A stretch of 64,000 bases of DNA from Paraspadella gotoi (taxonomy: Eukaryota; Animalia; Chaetognatha). The stretch spans positions 24,859,605 to 24,923,604 of the forward strand of contig CM119265.1 in assembly GCA_051294375.1 (NCBI GenBank), in the 5' to 3' direction. The translations under genes and the position numbers were made by a program. Below the pieces are notes generated by a model, which had not been told where the DNA came from, searched no databases, and worked only from the letters and a program-made list of their open reading frames with translations. This document shows, piece after piece, positions 12,601 through 25,100 of the stretch (its first letter is position 1; each line of letters starts with the position of its first letter).

Positions 12601-14496
12601 GTTTCTATCGTGAACCGATGCTTGCCTTTGCTTACCTCTAGTTCTTGATCTCTAAAGACTCATTAAATTCTGCGTTAATAGATACTCTCAGAAGGGTGAG
12701 CAACTGACGGAAAACCCCGCTCATCACTGGTGCATCGTCCAGTTCACTTTTTGTGTCAGAATCCGGGAATATCCCCCCCCCTCGTCCTCACCTTGTTTGG
12801 TGTGGATGCTTCGTCAGAGGTGGTCGAGATAAAAATGGGGACAAAATGAGCACTGAAGATCTGACTCTTATTAGAAATGCAAGAAGAAAGCGAAAAAGGC
12901 TTGGAATCCGCAATTTGAGCTAATTGTACAAAGTGGCATTCATTTTTATACTGCGAGAGAGAGAAAACTTGGTTTACATTTGTAAAGTAAATATTTCTAA
13001 AAATACTTTGCGACCGGCGTTTGAACAGAGGGAGCAAAACAATTTCTTAGCGGGCATTGGAATTTTTAAAGAATTCGACCGGCGATTTTATTTTCTTTTT
13101 TACTAATAATAATTAATAATAATCAGGATCTCCACTCGTCCACGCACCAAAGAAAGCAAATAAATGAACATCAATTAAAAAAAATAAAATCAATTAAAAA
13201 CAGTAACTTTCTAAAATATAAGTAAACATCGCAGTAATTTCTTTTTGGCCAGACAAAGCTAAATAATACGAAAATATCAAGGTGAAATTTAATAATAATT
13301 AAACTAAATAAACGGTAGCGTTGGTAAATCATACATGAAAATTCAAGCAGAGATTAATTACGTAGTTCTGATTTATGAATCACGATATACATCCAGTTTG
13401 TGATGAAGTTGATAGCACCCATGAAACTGTGAACAGCACAAAACATTGAGCAAACATTTAGACTTTGAAAAAAGTGATGACCTAGCATCGTGACGCAGAT
13501 CCTCTGTGGCGTAGGAGGCATAACCAGGGCTGATTCTCCAGTACACGTCAAGTGACTACCGGTACATGTTGCCGCAAACGCAAACATGATCCACTGGTCT
13601 CAAATATCGCCCCTCCCATCGCCGATCCACATGGCCTTTTTGGCGTCAAAAACTTGCCCATAGAACGTGACGCTGACTTGCCCATATGGGCCATAGATGA
13701 CGAACTTTCACCGCAAAAATTTGATGTCGTTTTTAAGTTGGCAGAGACTTTAACGAAGCAGGAGAAACGTTAGTACAAATTTCGCATATCCCCTTAATAA
13801 ACCACCCTAACCCCGGTCGCCATAAGTAAAATAATGCCGATTGTTTTATTTAAATAATTTCTAGAATTTTAATTATTTACATTTTTTTAAGACGAAGGAA
13901 TATCACTGGGCCGTGGACCGACTTGTGTTTCCTTTACTAGCTGTCGTTCCTCCGACGATAGTTATATTTTTCACTGCAGATGTTGGGATATTGGTAGCAT
14001 TCACTGGTGCTTTTGGAGGTATTTAATTGAGAATGTATCTATCTTTTAAAAAATTCGTTTGTTGCAAAGCAACGCATTGCATCGAATCTTTTAAGAAAAA
14101 AATTTAAATGTAAAAATAGCTATTAAAGATTAAAGATGATCTCATTGCTTTTAAGGGGCGTCGGTTCAATACATAATCCCTGCATTGCTGGTTCGAAATG
14201 CGCGAACGGATCTAAGACTCACGGTCGGTACGGATATAAAGAATCCGCACAGATCTCCCTTCTATCATTCCGGATGGATTTGGTTTGTAAGTCTTTTTAT
14301 CTCCGGAGAAGAAATGTAAGAAATTATTAATTTTAAAATTCAATATTTCCTCAGATTGTCGTTTGGTGCATATTTAGCTTTGGTATGAGCATGTGGTATC
14401 ATATATCTGTTATAGTTAAGGTAAGCGCTCTGATTTTGTACTGGGACAGTTTATATATTATGACACAATTTTTCATGATAGGAAGTGAATTCTTAA
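3647..14496 (+). CDS. TMEM104: TMEM104-like amino-acid transporter (SLC38/AAAP fold), paralogue A, ~16 exons
   Basis: YSPLVGAVFIFNLIVGTG, MASMFF..GV.FFY...LYLYGD, FFNLQKTTWLQI, YAFMCHH.IPG, NYPILTITLRDNLKTLF and NPHRSPF match TMEM104. Exons ~3647-3789, 4087-4192, 4750-4839, 6056-6178, 6623-6708, 7811-7974, 8663-8715, 9156-9282, 9358-9448, 9524-9641, ~11930-11994, 12096-12175, 13892-14018, 14155-14286, 14355-14420, 14482-14496. Three local frame or splice defects look like sequencing errors. Confidence 0.9.
4847..5667 (+). mobile_element. Helentron/DINE-1-like non-autonomous element, family 2
   Basis: 5' ATCGTCGCA..TGCGACGAT hairpin and 3' subterminal TGCGACGATCCTTATGCTTTT, with an internal 18-bp array (CTTTCCTTTCTATTCTTT, ~5390-5560). 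Related ends occur at ~27335, ~33305, ~43510 (-) and ~49010. Confidence 0.55.
6926..7078 (+). mobile_element. Short Penelope-type remnant: inverted tail copy plus decayed hammerhead-like motif
   Basis: GATTAGGGATGGAGTTTGAAAATTGGCAACAA (6927) is the inverted match of TTGTTGCCAATTTTCAAACTCTATCCCTAATC (~7047-7078). CTGATGAAGGCTT lies between them at 7003. Confidence 0.45.
8095..8228 (+). mobile_element. Short Penelope-type remnant with hammerhead-like motif and inverted tail copy
   Basis: CTGATTA-A-GGTTC-loop-GAACC-GAAA-CTTG-TC at 8177-8211. Its 3' half and tail are repeated in inverted orientation at 8095-8130. Confidence 0.55.
9899..10772 (+). mobile_element. Solo LTR with tRNA-like B box, related to the TRIM at 30566, interrupted by a hAT-like MITE
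   Basis: TG...CA termini (TGAGGCGG...CCTCCCGTTGCCACA) with 4-bp TSD GGTT at 9895-9898 and 10773-10776. B box GGTTCGATCC at ~9999. Shares CCAGTGACA..GGTCACTG, CGCCAG, CCCGGG.ATCACA and CCTCCCGTTGCCA with the LTR at 30873-31127. Confidence 0.75.
10091..10698. mobile_element. hAT-like MITE inserted in the solo LTR
   Basis: TAGGG...CCCTA termini, flanked on both sides by CTAAAGC. Its 3' ~220 bp recurs at ~45486-45710. Confidence 0.65.
12221..13832. mobile_element. TIR element with ~1.5 kb internal cargo; same ends as the MITE at 43077-43260
   Basis: Termini ATTTTACTTTGCCGAC and GTCGCCATAAGTAAAAT. Both arms resemble the reverse complement of the 43077-43260 arms. Confidence 0.55.
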
Positions 14497-14605
14497 ATGG
14501 AACTTCACGTGGAATTATTTAGAATAGTATTGTCATGATTGTGCATGGTTGAATCCAGTAGTAAATAAATCAATTCACATCTCGACTGGTCCTTATTACT
14601 TATCT

Positions 14606-15222
14606 ACACTCATGTGAAAAAAAACGCGCCATTTTATAACTTTAAATTCCAGACTTTCTATTGAAACATTTTTAAAAATTATGAAAAATATGAAAAATAT
14701 GAAAAATAATTTTAAAAAATTATTCTATCTAAGTTTTATTATAATTGGTCGAGTGGTTTAAGAGATGTGATTTTTCAAATTTGAGTGTTCCAAAATAAAA
14801 CAGGAAAATTGACTTTTATTTAAAAGCTTCAGAATCATGGACTTGTCATTCATCGTATGTTTTAATAACCTTAATATTATTATTTAAGGATCTTGGGCAA
14901 TCCAGTTATCTTGCTATCCTTCCAGATGTTCAGTATATTTTTTTTCATTTTTAATATATTACAAAGAATGCAAAATAAAAGAAAAAAGGATAAATTTTAA
15001 TTTTATCATATTTTTTACGTTTAGTTTTGCATTAAAGTATTTTATTTTAAAAAATAACTGCTCCTAAATGGATAGCTCGATTTTGATAAAATTTATTTAT
15101 TTATTTATTTATTTATATCTTTTAATAAACTTTAATTTATTTAAATTTTTTTTTAAATTTACGTATATAGAGCGATTTTTAATCTGAAATAAAGTGGCGC
15201 GATTTTTTTGAACATGACTACT
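14606..15222. mobile_element. MITE with imperfect ~28-bp TIRs
   Basis: TCATGTGAAAAAAACGCGCCATTTTA versus TAAAGTGGCGCGATTTTTTTGAACATGA. Confidence 0.55.
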
Positions 15223-15843
15223 TAGTTAAAAAGTTTTTTTAGGGAGAAATTCCAATGCAAAAAGGTTTTTCGTTTTTTAGTTGAGCCGCGAGTACTAGTG
15301 GAGCAACTCTAAAAAGTGTTGTTTTTTTTAATTTTAGTAAAAAATTTTTTTGAATGACTATAGTCCTAGTAATGATTTGTAGTTTCCATTTTGTGTACTG
15401 AATTTAGTATTGAAATAAGATAGTTCAGATTAATTTTTCTTTTATTACATTCTTATTCATTATTTTGAATATATAATTTATTTTAATAATAAGAATTTTT
15501 TTATGAAATTGGTACACCTAATATAAAAATTATTTATTCTTTTAATAAATAAGCTATCCTGCCCCTGGCTTTGGACACTCTAACAAGATTATGCCAAGCT
15601 TTCAATTTATTCATTTTTTATTCATTTATTCATTATTTATATTATATAATATTTATATTATCTATATTATATAAATTAATGGGATTTTTATTTTTTAAAA
15701 CATTATAAATGAGATTATTAAATTTTTCTGTTTGAGAAAAAACTTAATTATTATGTATCTAATAGCCTTGTATATGAAAAGCTTGCATTTAAAAAAAATA
15801 TTTTTTATCAGTTTGTAGTGTCATCACATGCACTGTTTAATTA

Positions 15844-16536
15844 ATGATTAAGAAAACGTCGAATTTGGGATCAAGTGCAGTATTTTTTTTATTTTATTGA
15901 AAACCAATATTTCGATCTTATTTGACAGATCATCGTTCAGGGTAAGAGTGAAATGAGTAAAAGAAGAGAGCTAAGGAAGAGAGAGAGAGTTGCCCTATGT
16001 TCCAGTGGTGACCCAGAAATTTCAGCGCGTGTTTGCCAAAGCGGGGGCAAACCTTTTTAGTAAAAGTGGACAGACCCTCTCTAATATCCTTTGTTCAAAG
16101 AACAAATCAAAGCCTGACCCGCTGAAAGGCAAAGGCATTTATCGGTTCGCCTGCTCATGCAGTCCAAAAGCAGTTTATGTTGGTGAAACTAGATGAAGCT
16201 TCGATACCCGTACTGCAGAGCACAAGAGAGCGGTCGACACTGGAAAGTAGGGCCATTCGGGTCTGGCCCAGCATCGTCAGCACTGCTCAGCCCCATTCGA
16301 CTGGACACCGGACATCCTCTCACGTCCACGCATCAAAGACCCATCGAGCCTTAGCCACCACCTAAAGGTGGAAGAGGCCTTGAGGATCAGACGCTTCAAT
16401 TGTGGCCCGGGCAGAGGCCTCATTGAAGATATGGGGTCTTATGTCAAAACCGATTCTTAATTCCCTGGGAAGAAATGAGACTGGACTGGGGGGGTAGAGG
16501 GATTTATCCCTGTTGTATTGTCTGACTCTCACCTGT

Positions 16537-16576
<40 letters not shown>

Positions 16577-16712
16577 TCTTCCTTAGCTCTCTTCTTTTAC
16601 TCATTTCACTCTTACCCTGAACGATGATCAGTCAAATAAGATCGAAATATTGGTTTTCAATAAAAGAAAAAAAAACTGCACTTGATCCCAAATTCGACGT
16701 TTTCTTAATCAT
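15844..16712 (+). mobile_element. 5'-truncated Penelope-like retroelement: GIY-YIG endonuclease pseudogene between inverted pseudo-LTRs
   Basis: 15990-16460 reads LPYVP...KGIYRFACSC..VYVGETR*SFDTRTAEHKR...SGLAQH...EEALRI, with in-frame stops. 15844-15989 is a near-perfect inverted copy of ~16567-16712. Confidence 0.9.
16614..16654 (+). ncRNA. Minimal hammerhead-ribozyme-like motif in the Penelope pLTR (inverted copy at ~15903-15943)
   Basis: ACC-CTGAACGAT-GATC-loop-GATC-GAAA-TATT-GGT: 3-bp stem I, 4-bp stem II and a palindromic ATAT stem III, followed by AATAAA. The core has extra bases relative to CUGANGA. Confidence 0.55.
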
Positions 16713-16884
16713 ATTTTCTATCATTTTAATATAGATAAGAACTCTTCGATTTTCATTAAATTTTGGTCTTGGCTCTCTCTACTGACAAGTGGCGCGACGG
16801 GAGATTGTTTGAAACATAAAATAACTATAAAATATATCTTATTTGGCTGCTGACTAAAAAATGACTCATTACGCATAGGAAAAT

Positions 16885-17322
16885 AAACAAGTTTGAGCAA
16901 ACAATGTAGGATATGCCCACGATAATTAATACAAACTATATAAACTAAAATAATATTTTAATTAATAAATTAATTATTTTGATCCAAAATGTTTGTTTTT
17001 AGGTCTTTTCGTCACTGACCACGACAAAAGCAACGACGACGATGATGGCGATGACGACAATAATACCGATAATGATTGACATGATTGACTGATTAATTTA
17101 TTAAATAATTAATTAAGTTATAAATAACAAAATTTCATTCCAATCCATCCATCCAATCACGAGTAATTGGAGTTTTTTGCTAAGGTGGGACGGACAGACG
17201 GACGGACGGATGGACGGACATCGTTTTTTTTTTGCATAATTTATCATAATTCGATGTTCTGACATGATTGAGGGGGCGGACCGACGGACCGACAAAGTGA
17301 ATTATTATTATCCGACTAAAAA
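16885..17322 (-). mobile_element. Helentron/DINE-1-like element, family 1
   Basis: Reverse-complement copy of the family with GTCGGAT subterminal repeat, (GTCC)n microsatellite and ...TTTGCTCAAACTTGTT 3' end. Confidence 0.6.
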
Positions 17323-17404
17323 TTTACCGTGTATTATCGTACCAGTTTTACTAACAATAAAAAAGAAGACTGTTTTTATTCGTGATTATTATTACGTAAA
17401 TGAC

Positions 17405-19946
17405 TTAAAATAAATAACACAAAGAAATACTTATTATAGGAATAGTTAATAATATTTGGTTGATAATTTTATTTTTAATTGTGTATTCATTATTAACACA
17501 CTTAAAAAACATATTAAAATATGTATTGTATTCGCTTTCATTTGATTCGCGTAGAGCAAGTCTTATAAATCCTCTCTTCAAGTAATTCAGACAAAAAAAT
17601 GTGGGAGAATGTTGTACGCTATCTACTGTTAGAAGATTATATACATGATTGTAGGAATACATATATTCTAAATCTAACCCATTTATAGCCAGGTTCATGA
17701 ATTCAGATTTATCTATGGTATTGATTCTATTTTCAGAAATTTTTTGTATTATTATAGTCATATTGATAGTTAAGATTACAAAAAATTTTATTATTATAAT
17801 AGTTTTTGTTTTTTTTAATTTACCGAGATAAAAATAGATCAAAATTGTAAGTGGTATTGCAGAGCAAACGAAAGCAATTGCGCAAACTTCATTACTGACA
17901 TAAAATAAAAACATTTGTTCCGAAAACAAGTCTTGAACAATATAGAAATTTTCTTCTGTCAGCTCTTTTCTTCGATTGAAAAATTTAAGATTCGGAACAT
18001 ATTCGAAGTGAATTTTCAAAATTGGAATTACTCCTAAAAGTAACGTAGCCAATGGGACTCCGAAAAAGTAAATCCATCTACAGTTCAAATTTTTAGCTCT
18101 TTGGGCTTCGGCAAAGAAAAAAATGAAATACGAGCAAAGGGACGTAATCGCAAAATTAGCTATAAACGAAAAGCTTCCGTACATCCTTAATTTCGATTCC
18201 ATGACTCCCCGGGACGACTGATCCACTCTCCCGCAAAACCGACATCTCGAGACTGCGATGCGGAGGGTCTGATGATTCGCCACGGACACAAAACTGTGAC
18301 AAACCATAAACAATGTGGGCCAAGCGGTTGTGAGAAACTGGAAAAGCACGAAGAAGCGTCGTCGCAGCATCAAATGAATGGACACGTAAGCAGAGCTCCA
18401 CATAACGTCGATTAGTAAAAAATTAATCAAATGAGAATAATTTGGTTTGAGGAACTGATAGTTGCCTATTCGTAAGATGTCTACGTGTTTTAAAGCGTAA
18501 CCTTGGCAACGGGTTATCGGCAGAGAGTTTTCGAAGGATAAACTGGCCCATCGATCGTCGTCGATGATTCCCATGGATTTAGTGCAATAGAGAAATGTGC
18601 TGCGATCGTCACGTTTGGCCCAAACTAAATGAATATAATGAATATGAATGAAAAAAAAAATACAGAAAGAATTGATTGTGGCTCTTCATCTTAATTTTTT
18701 TTTATTTTAAATTTCTTTCTAATTTATTTTAACAAAATCTCATTTATAAATTAAAAAGAAAATAAACATGTACGTACGTGTTATGTTATGTTATAAAAAA
18801 TTATGCTTAAACGGTTTAAAAAAGGTGAGACATGACATGAGTTATCTAAAAATCTGTCATAGCAACTTATGAGTTATTAATATTACTTGTCAATTTGGGG
18901 GTATAATCCGTGAGACTGAGCGTCGCTAATCCATACTTTGCCATGTTTCTGAATAAATGAAAGCAGAGTGCCAAGTGTTTGTCAATGTTAAATGAAAGAG
19001 AAGTTGCAAACAAGTTCCAAGAACTCATGAATAGAAATTCCGCGAATACGTAATTCGTTTTTCTTTTTGAATTTAATATGACAAATTTTTGACCAGTGAT
19101 AATTTCTTTCAACTCCGCAATGGTAAAGATACGGAAAACAACGAAAGGAGTAAACATTCCAATGAAAATGGTGACATTAATAATATTGCTCGAAATGATG
19201 TAAAGAAAATATATTATTCCAATGATACCCTGCAGTGCGCCTATTGCCATTGGAATATATTTCGTTTCTCGCATTTTAGCAGCAGCCACTGCCAGGCCCA
19301 CAACGGAAAAGCAAAAGGATCCAATGATTTGGTGCTGATCTAATTCCCACCAACAAGTCGAAATTCTCGTTCTTCCAGTGTCTCGGTCGCATGTACAAGG
19401 TTTATTCAGCGACACAAGTAGATTTTCTTTTATTTTATAAACGGTACCATTGAGGAAACCCTTTTTATCAAAATTAAATTCGTCGAAAAAACATTGCGTC
19501 GTTGTGCCGGAGGTAACCGCTAGCGCCAGTGCGAAGCAGTGCAACAGGATTTGGGGAAACGACTCCAGCAATAAATGAAGGAGATTGATAGACTCGACCA
19601 GTTTGTTTTTCAACGCCGAAGTCGTGGAGTCGGCATTTCGGTCCAAGTAACTATCGACCGGCAGAACGACGTTGCCGAATCCTAAAATAAAACCCATAAA
19701 AAGCGTCGTTTTCGACCAGACATCCCCGTAAATTCGGGAGTAATGCGCCGAATATTGTTTCATAAAGTGACGCACGTAAAGATAAGAGACGCTTCCGTGT
19801 ATGACCAAAACGGCGCACATGGCAACGCCTATGTATCGTTCGACGTAAAAGGTCTTGCGTAAAAAGATGATGGTTGTTTGCAAATCGGAAATAACGTCTC
19901 CGAAATTGACGAAGAGGGATAAAAGGAGAAGCAGCGGCACCCTCAT
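17405..19946 (-). CDS. XK-related multi-pass membrane protein, two exons, ~759 aa
   Basis: The 359-aa and 389-aa ORFs join through a phase-1 GT-AG intron (18886-18625), giving 2280 nt. N-terminal GDVISD and LLESFPQILL match XK-family D..tD and E..PQ motifs. Many hydrophobic segments. Confidence 0.7.
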
Positions 19947-22154
19947 CTTGAATAATTTTGACTTTTATCTCGCGCGAGAAACGAATGAATTCATGAATGA
20001 GACGAGATTCCTTTTTACTAAGATTACGTCTATCGTTTTTGTCGACAAACGTCGGACGGGAGCTGACAAACTCTTTGAAAGCCTTCAATTACCGAGGGGC
20101 AATATTTCTTAATTAACTTTACATGGCTTTTTATTTTTGTGGGGTGGAATGTTTTTTTTTTAGTAATAAATATGTTTCATTCGTTTACAACAATTAGTTA
20201 AAAAAGTACATACATGTGTCATACAAAATGGCACACAAATAAAAAATAATAATTTTAAACAACAAGGTTATTATTTATCATCTTTTGCAATAAAGTCCTG
20301 AAGTCCTGCTTTGCTATCACCTGAAATATGGTTGGAGGCCTTAACAAAAAGTCAGGGGCAAGATAACTTGTTCATTGAAACGATTGATTGAATGATTGAT
20401 TGAATGATTGAAAGTTGTATACTGATTGCACCAATTTCATCGCAAGGAGTCTATTTGTACTAACATTTTAATAGTTTTTTTTTATCAAACCACCGACCTT
20501 CATTTTTCAAGCTGTTTTAAGTAGATGTACTTGGGTCTAGTAAAGGAAAGGTTAAAGTTAACCGTTCTCTTTCGACTACCCTGTCTTTACGCTTTCGTTG
20601 ACTAATAGTAACACCGTTTTGACGAAAACATATCTGCGAGCAATTGTTGGATTAAATGCATCTTGATATTAAAAGAACGCTCGCGTAGCGATGCGTCTTC
20701 TAGTGGCCGCCAAAAAGCCACTCAATAATTTTTATCTCATTTTAGACACGTTGCTGTATATTATTATTCAATTTTTGGCTAAATTTTTTTTTTGCGATCC
20801 GCTGAAAATGTTATTAAAGTTTAATCATAAAGCTTATTAATTAATTATTATATAGCTCAGGCTTAGAACTTTTCCATACAGAACACAATTCATGTCAATG
20901 TCTTGACTTGTCTCCTCAACTTGACTCTTGCTTGAAGGACCAAAGCAAAAACAAAAAAACGTAAAACTAAATGAAAGGAAAACGACGCCGATACTAGCGA
21001 CGACTACTGTGAAGTTTGAGGTTTTAATTCGAAAGTTGAAAAAAGAATTAAGGAAGAAACGCATTTACGCGCGTAAAAGATTCTCTTTCAGGTGCGGCTT
21101 AATTAGGGCCAGGGTGAAATGACATCGATGATGATGATGATGTGTTCCTTCACTCTGATATGATATGATATGATATGATATGAGATTGAGGCAGGAACGG
21201 AGCGGTAATGACTAATATACGACTATATAACGACTATAACGAGGTTATAGAAACTGTTAACGATTTTCTAATTTGAAATGACCTCTTAGCCGAAAATTGG
21301 ACTTAACGGGCAAAAGAGTTTGGAAACATATGTATAAAACCCCGCCAAGATATTTATTAATTTAAAACAAAGTGAACCGTCATGATCTTAGCGTTGCGCC
21401 GCTGTAACTTTCTTTCGTGGACGCATTTTTTAAAGATGAAATGACTACACAAGTGTAAGACATATGCACAAAAGCATCTTATTGTATATTACATTTATGT
21501 TAAGTTTTAAACAAAACAACCAAACATGACCGTATTTCTGTTTGGTCTCGTGACCTCGCATTACTGACACCTTATCAGTCTGAGAAGTATCAACTAAAAT
21601 TTCATGAATTATGTTGCATATTTGCATAGGGTGCATAGTAAACCAAATTTAAACAGAAATATCGTCATCGGCTTAAAACTTTATATGATAAAAATTCCCA
21701 TTCTAAGATAATAATTATGAATAAAAAACGCTCTTTTTTCACTGATACTTTTGTAATTTAACCTCTGCCGATTTTTTTTTTTGTCTACTTGTGATTACGG
21801 TGTTTCTTATTCTCGGCCTAAAACGAAGTATCAAGCTTGGTAGGAAAAAATCTTGCAGCAACGCAAAGGATCGATTTTCTCGACTCTTCGTTGAATGATG
21901 TTAAACCTTATTAATAAACTTACATTGATATGTTTGTATATCAGTCGATCGAAACGTAAATCAATCCTCTAGAAGATCAGCATCCGTTCGACAAATAAGA
22001 CGACACGACTCAGTAATAATTTCAAGTTAAGGTGGGCGATTTAAAAGCACATCAGCATTTGATTAATATACAATATATTACATTTCACTTATCTCTATGT
22101 ATATATATCTACATATCCACAACTCCAACCAGCCTCCGCCATAAAGTAGCAATC

Positions 22155-25100
22155 ATGGGAGCCAAGTGTTGTAAAAAAAACCCGGAGAAGATGAATACCA
22201 AGGACGCGGGCTCGTCCTACTCTCCCTTCGTGGGGATGATCTTCATCTTTAATCTCATCGTCGGGACGGGAACACTCGCGCTGCCGAAGGCATTCAAAGT
22301 CGCCGGATGGGTTCTGAGGTAGGACGGGGAGTTGGGGGTAGAAATAGAGAATGAAGGGGCGTTGTTAGGACAATTACTAAGTTGAGGATTAAAACCTGCG
22401 GGGAGCTTGTACAAAATGGTCGACGGAAATACATATGTATGCCTAATATACCTACTTTACCTACCTACCCGGAATCTCTCTCGCTTTATTAACAAATTTT
22501 ATAAAAAAAATTTTTTATTATAATAACATGCCTAAACTTTTGAGTATTTTCTGTCAATCCCAAATGTTAACAAAAGGAATCCATTCTCAGTCCTCGGAAT
22601 AGCACAATCAACAGTTGTGCTGATTTTCCGCTGAGTTGGCTCAGCTTGACGGCACTAGGCACTAGTGTGACCGTGCCCGTGGTACTAACCCTAATATGCC
22701 AAGAGAGATGGCATCTCAGGAAACCCGGCAGTAGCAGCAGATCCCGACTCTATAATCCACTTCGTCGGTCCGAATTATTATAAATTATTAAAAAAAAATG
22801 ATGTCCGTCAGTCCGTTCGTCCACCTTAGCAAAAAACTCCAATCGCTCATGATTGGATTGATAGAATGAGTAGGAAAGTGTATGATAAAGAATGGGTAGG
22901 AAAGTGTTTGATAAAGCTGGATCTAAATTTTTGATGGAATCGTAGGAGTGGAAAAGAGTTTAAATTAGAAAACCAAAATACTTTTTTTTCAAGTTTCTCT
23001 CTCTCTATCTCTCTCTGATTGATTGATTGACTGATTGACCAAATTATGCCAGTTGACCAAATTATTCAAGTGACCAAATTCTGCAAGCTGACCGAATTAT
23101 GCCAGTTGATAAAAATATGACTGTTGACTAAATTATGCCAGTTGACCAAATTATGTCAGATGACAAAATTATGCCAGTTGAGCAAATTATGCCAGTTGAC
23201 CAAATTTGCAAGTTGAGCAAATTATGCTTGTTGAGCAAATTATATCAGTTTACTAAATTATGTCAGTTGACCAAATTAAGTAAGTTGACTTAATTAGTAC
23301 AGTTGACTAAATTATGCCAGTTGACTAAATTATGCCAGTTGACAAATTATGCCAATTGACCAAATTATGCCTGATAAGAATAGTCCGTCCTTTTCTCTCT
23401 AAAGACTCGTTCAGGTTATTTTAAAATGACCACTATTTAAAGTGACCATTGTGATTATTTTTACTTTCGTTTTTAGTTTCTCTTCAGAGCGAAAACGTTG
23501 TACCCGCTTCGAAAACCCGTTTTTATGGGTCTCCGGTAGGATTTTGATTAATAAAGTTTCACAATAAAATAAGAAACGTCTTTTCTATTCGGGCCCATGT
23601 TAAAGCAGTCGGAACGGGCAACATTTGAATGTTTGCCTTCGCGAGCATGAGACCAAAATATCTCACAATGCCAGTTGACCAAATTATGCCTGCTGAGAAA
23701 ATTATGTCAGTCTACCAAATTATGCCAGTTGATCAAATTATGCCAGTTGACCAAAATATGCCAGTTAACCAAATAATGCAAGTTGATTAAATTATGCAAG
23801 TTGATTAAATTATGCAAGTTGATCAAATTATGCAAATGGCCCAAATTATGCAAAATTACCAAATTATTCAAGTTGATCAAATAATGTAAGTTGGTATTGG
23901 CGTTGATAGACCAATTGATTTATAGATTTTTTCGTAGATTTATTAAGTCTGTCATGATTTGTTGTGTTACGATATGTTAAGATCTGTTAAGATCACAAAT
24001 TGAAAATCAGAAAGAATTATCGTGATTTATCATTGGATAAGCTTATTAACGCTTAATTATCGTAGGTAGATCAGACATTGTTTGCTCAAACTTGTTTACT
24101 CATTGCCAATAAATTATATAAATTCATTTATTCCATGGCTTTTACTTTTCAGTTTGGTATTGCTTGCCTTTATCGGTTTTACTGCGTTTCTGACGGCAAC
24201 GTTCATTGTGGAGGTCATGGCATGCGCTAATGCCTTGGAACGATGGCACGAGAAGGTAGTCGTTTCGATTTTTTTTTCCTTAGAATCTGGGTTAAATTGT
24301 AAAAATTTAAAAAACATTACTTCTTTTTTCCGTGAAAGAAAATAGAAGAAGAGAAATCTCCACCTGAAGAGGGAGAAGAAAATGAGGAACCAGAAAGCGA
24401 GGAAAAACCGTTAATCAAAAAAGGGTGAGATGGAAACCGATCGATTATTTCATTTACATGAAATCAGCCTGCAGTTGTCTTAGATATGGCGTTGTATTGT
24501 AAATATGTAAATATCCGCAACTTCTTCAACCCTCCTAGCAGCCATGGAACGAGTCCTGGACTTGGAAATAGGGTTGAGGGTTTTCCAGGGGGGCAAAGGA
24601 TATTTACGGCTGTCCTCACGTTTCCCGCAGTGTAGGTACCGTTAAGGATCTATCCCGGTACCTAATGGTCAATTGGTCATGAGCTGATGGTATTACTCCC
24701 TGAGCCTCAGGGTCACGACTGAAAGAGTCAATCTTGTTGAAAAATCTCGACTACAGTATAAAACATTATAGTTCAAGAATTTTATATAATATTAGACTAA
24801 ATAATTTTTGATCGAAAACTTTTCTACGTGCTCAGTGATGAGGAGAAACCTGGGGAATACGAAATAACTAAGAAAATGGACATGGCAGCGATGGCGACAA
24901 TGTTTTATAGTAAAGCTGGTCTGGTTTTCTTTTACATCTGTATTCTCTTGTATTTGTATGGAGATTTAGGTATGTTCAAACAACAGTTTTTTTTCACGAA
25001 TTCGTCATTATGCTAATTTATCTATTTATGACCGTTGATTTTTACTTAGCTATTTATGGTGCAGCGGTTCCAAAATCACTGAGAGATGTAGTTTGTAATT

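Noticed and set aside
23035-23895. Regular short repeats resembling a CRISPR array
   Set aside because: Head-to-tail degenerate 18-mers without unique spacers, in an animal intron with no cas genes: a minisatellite.
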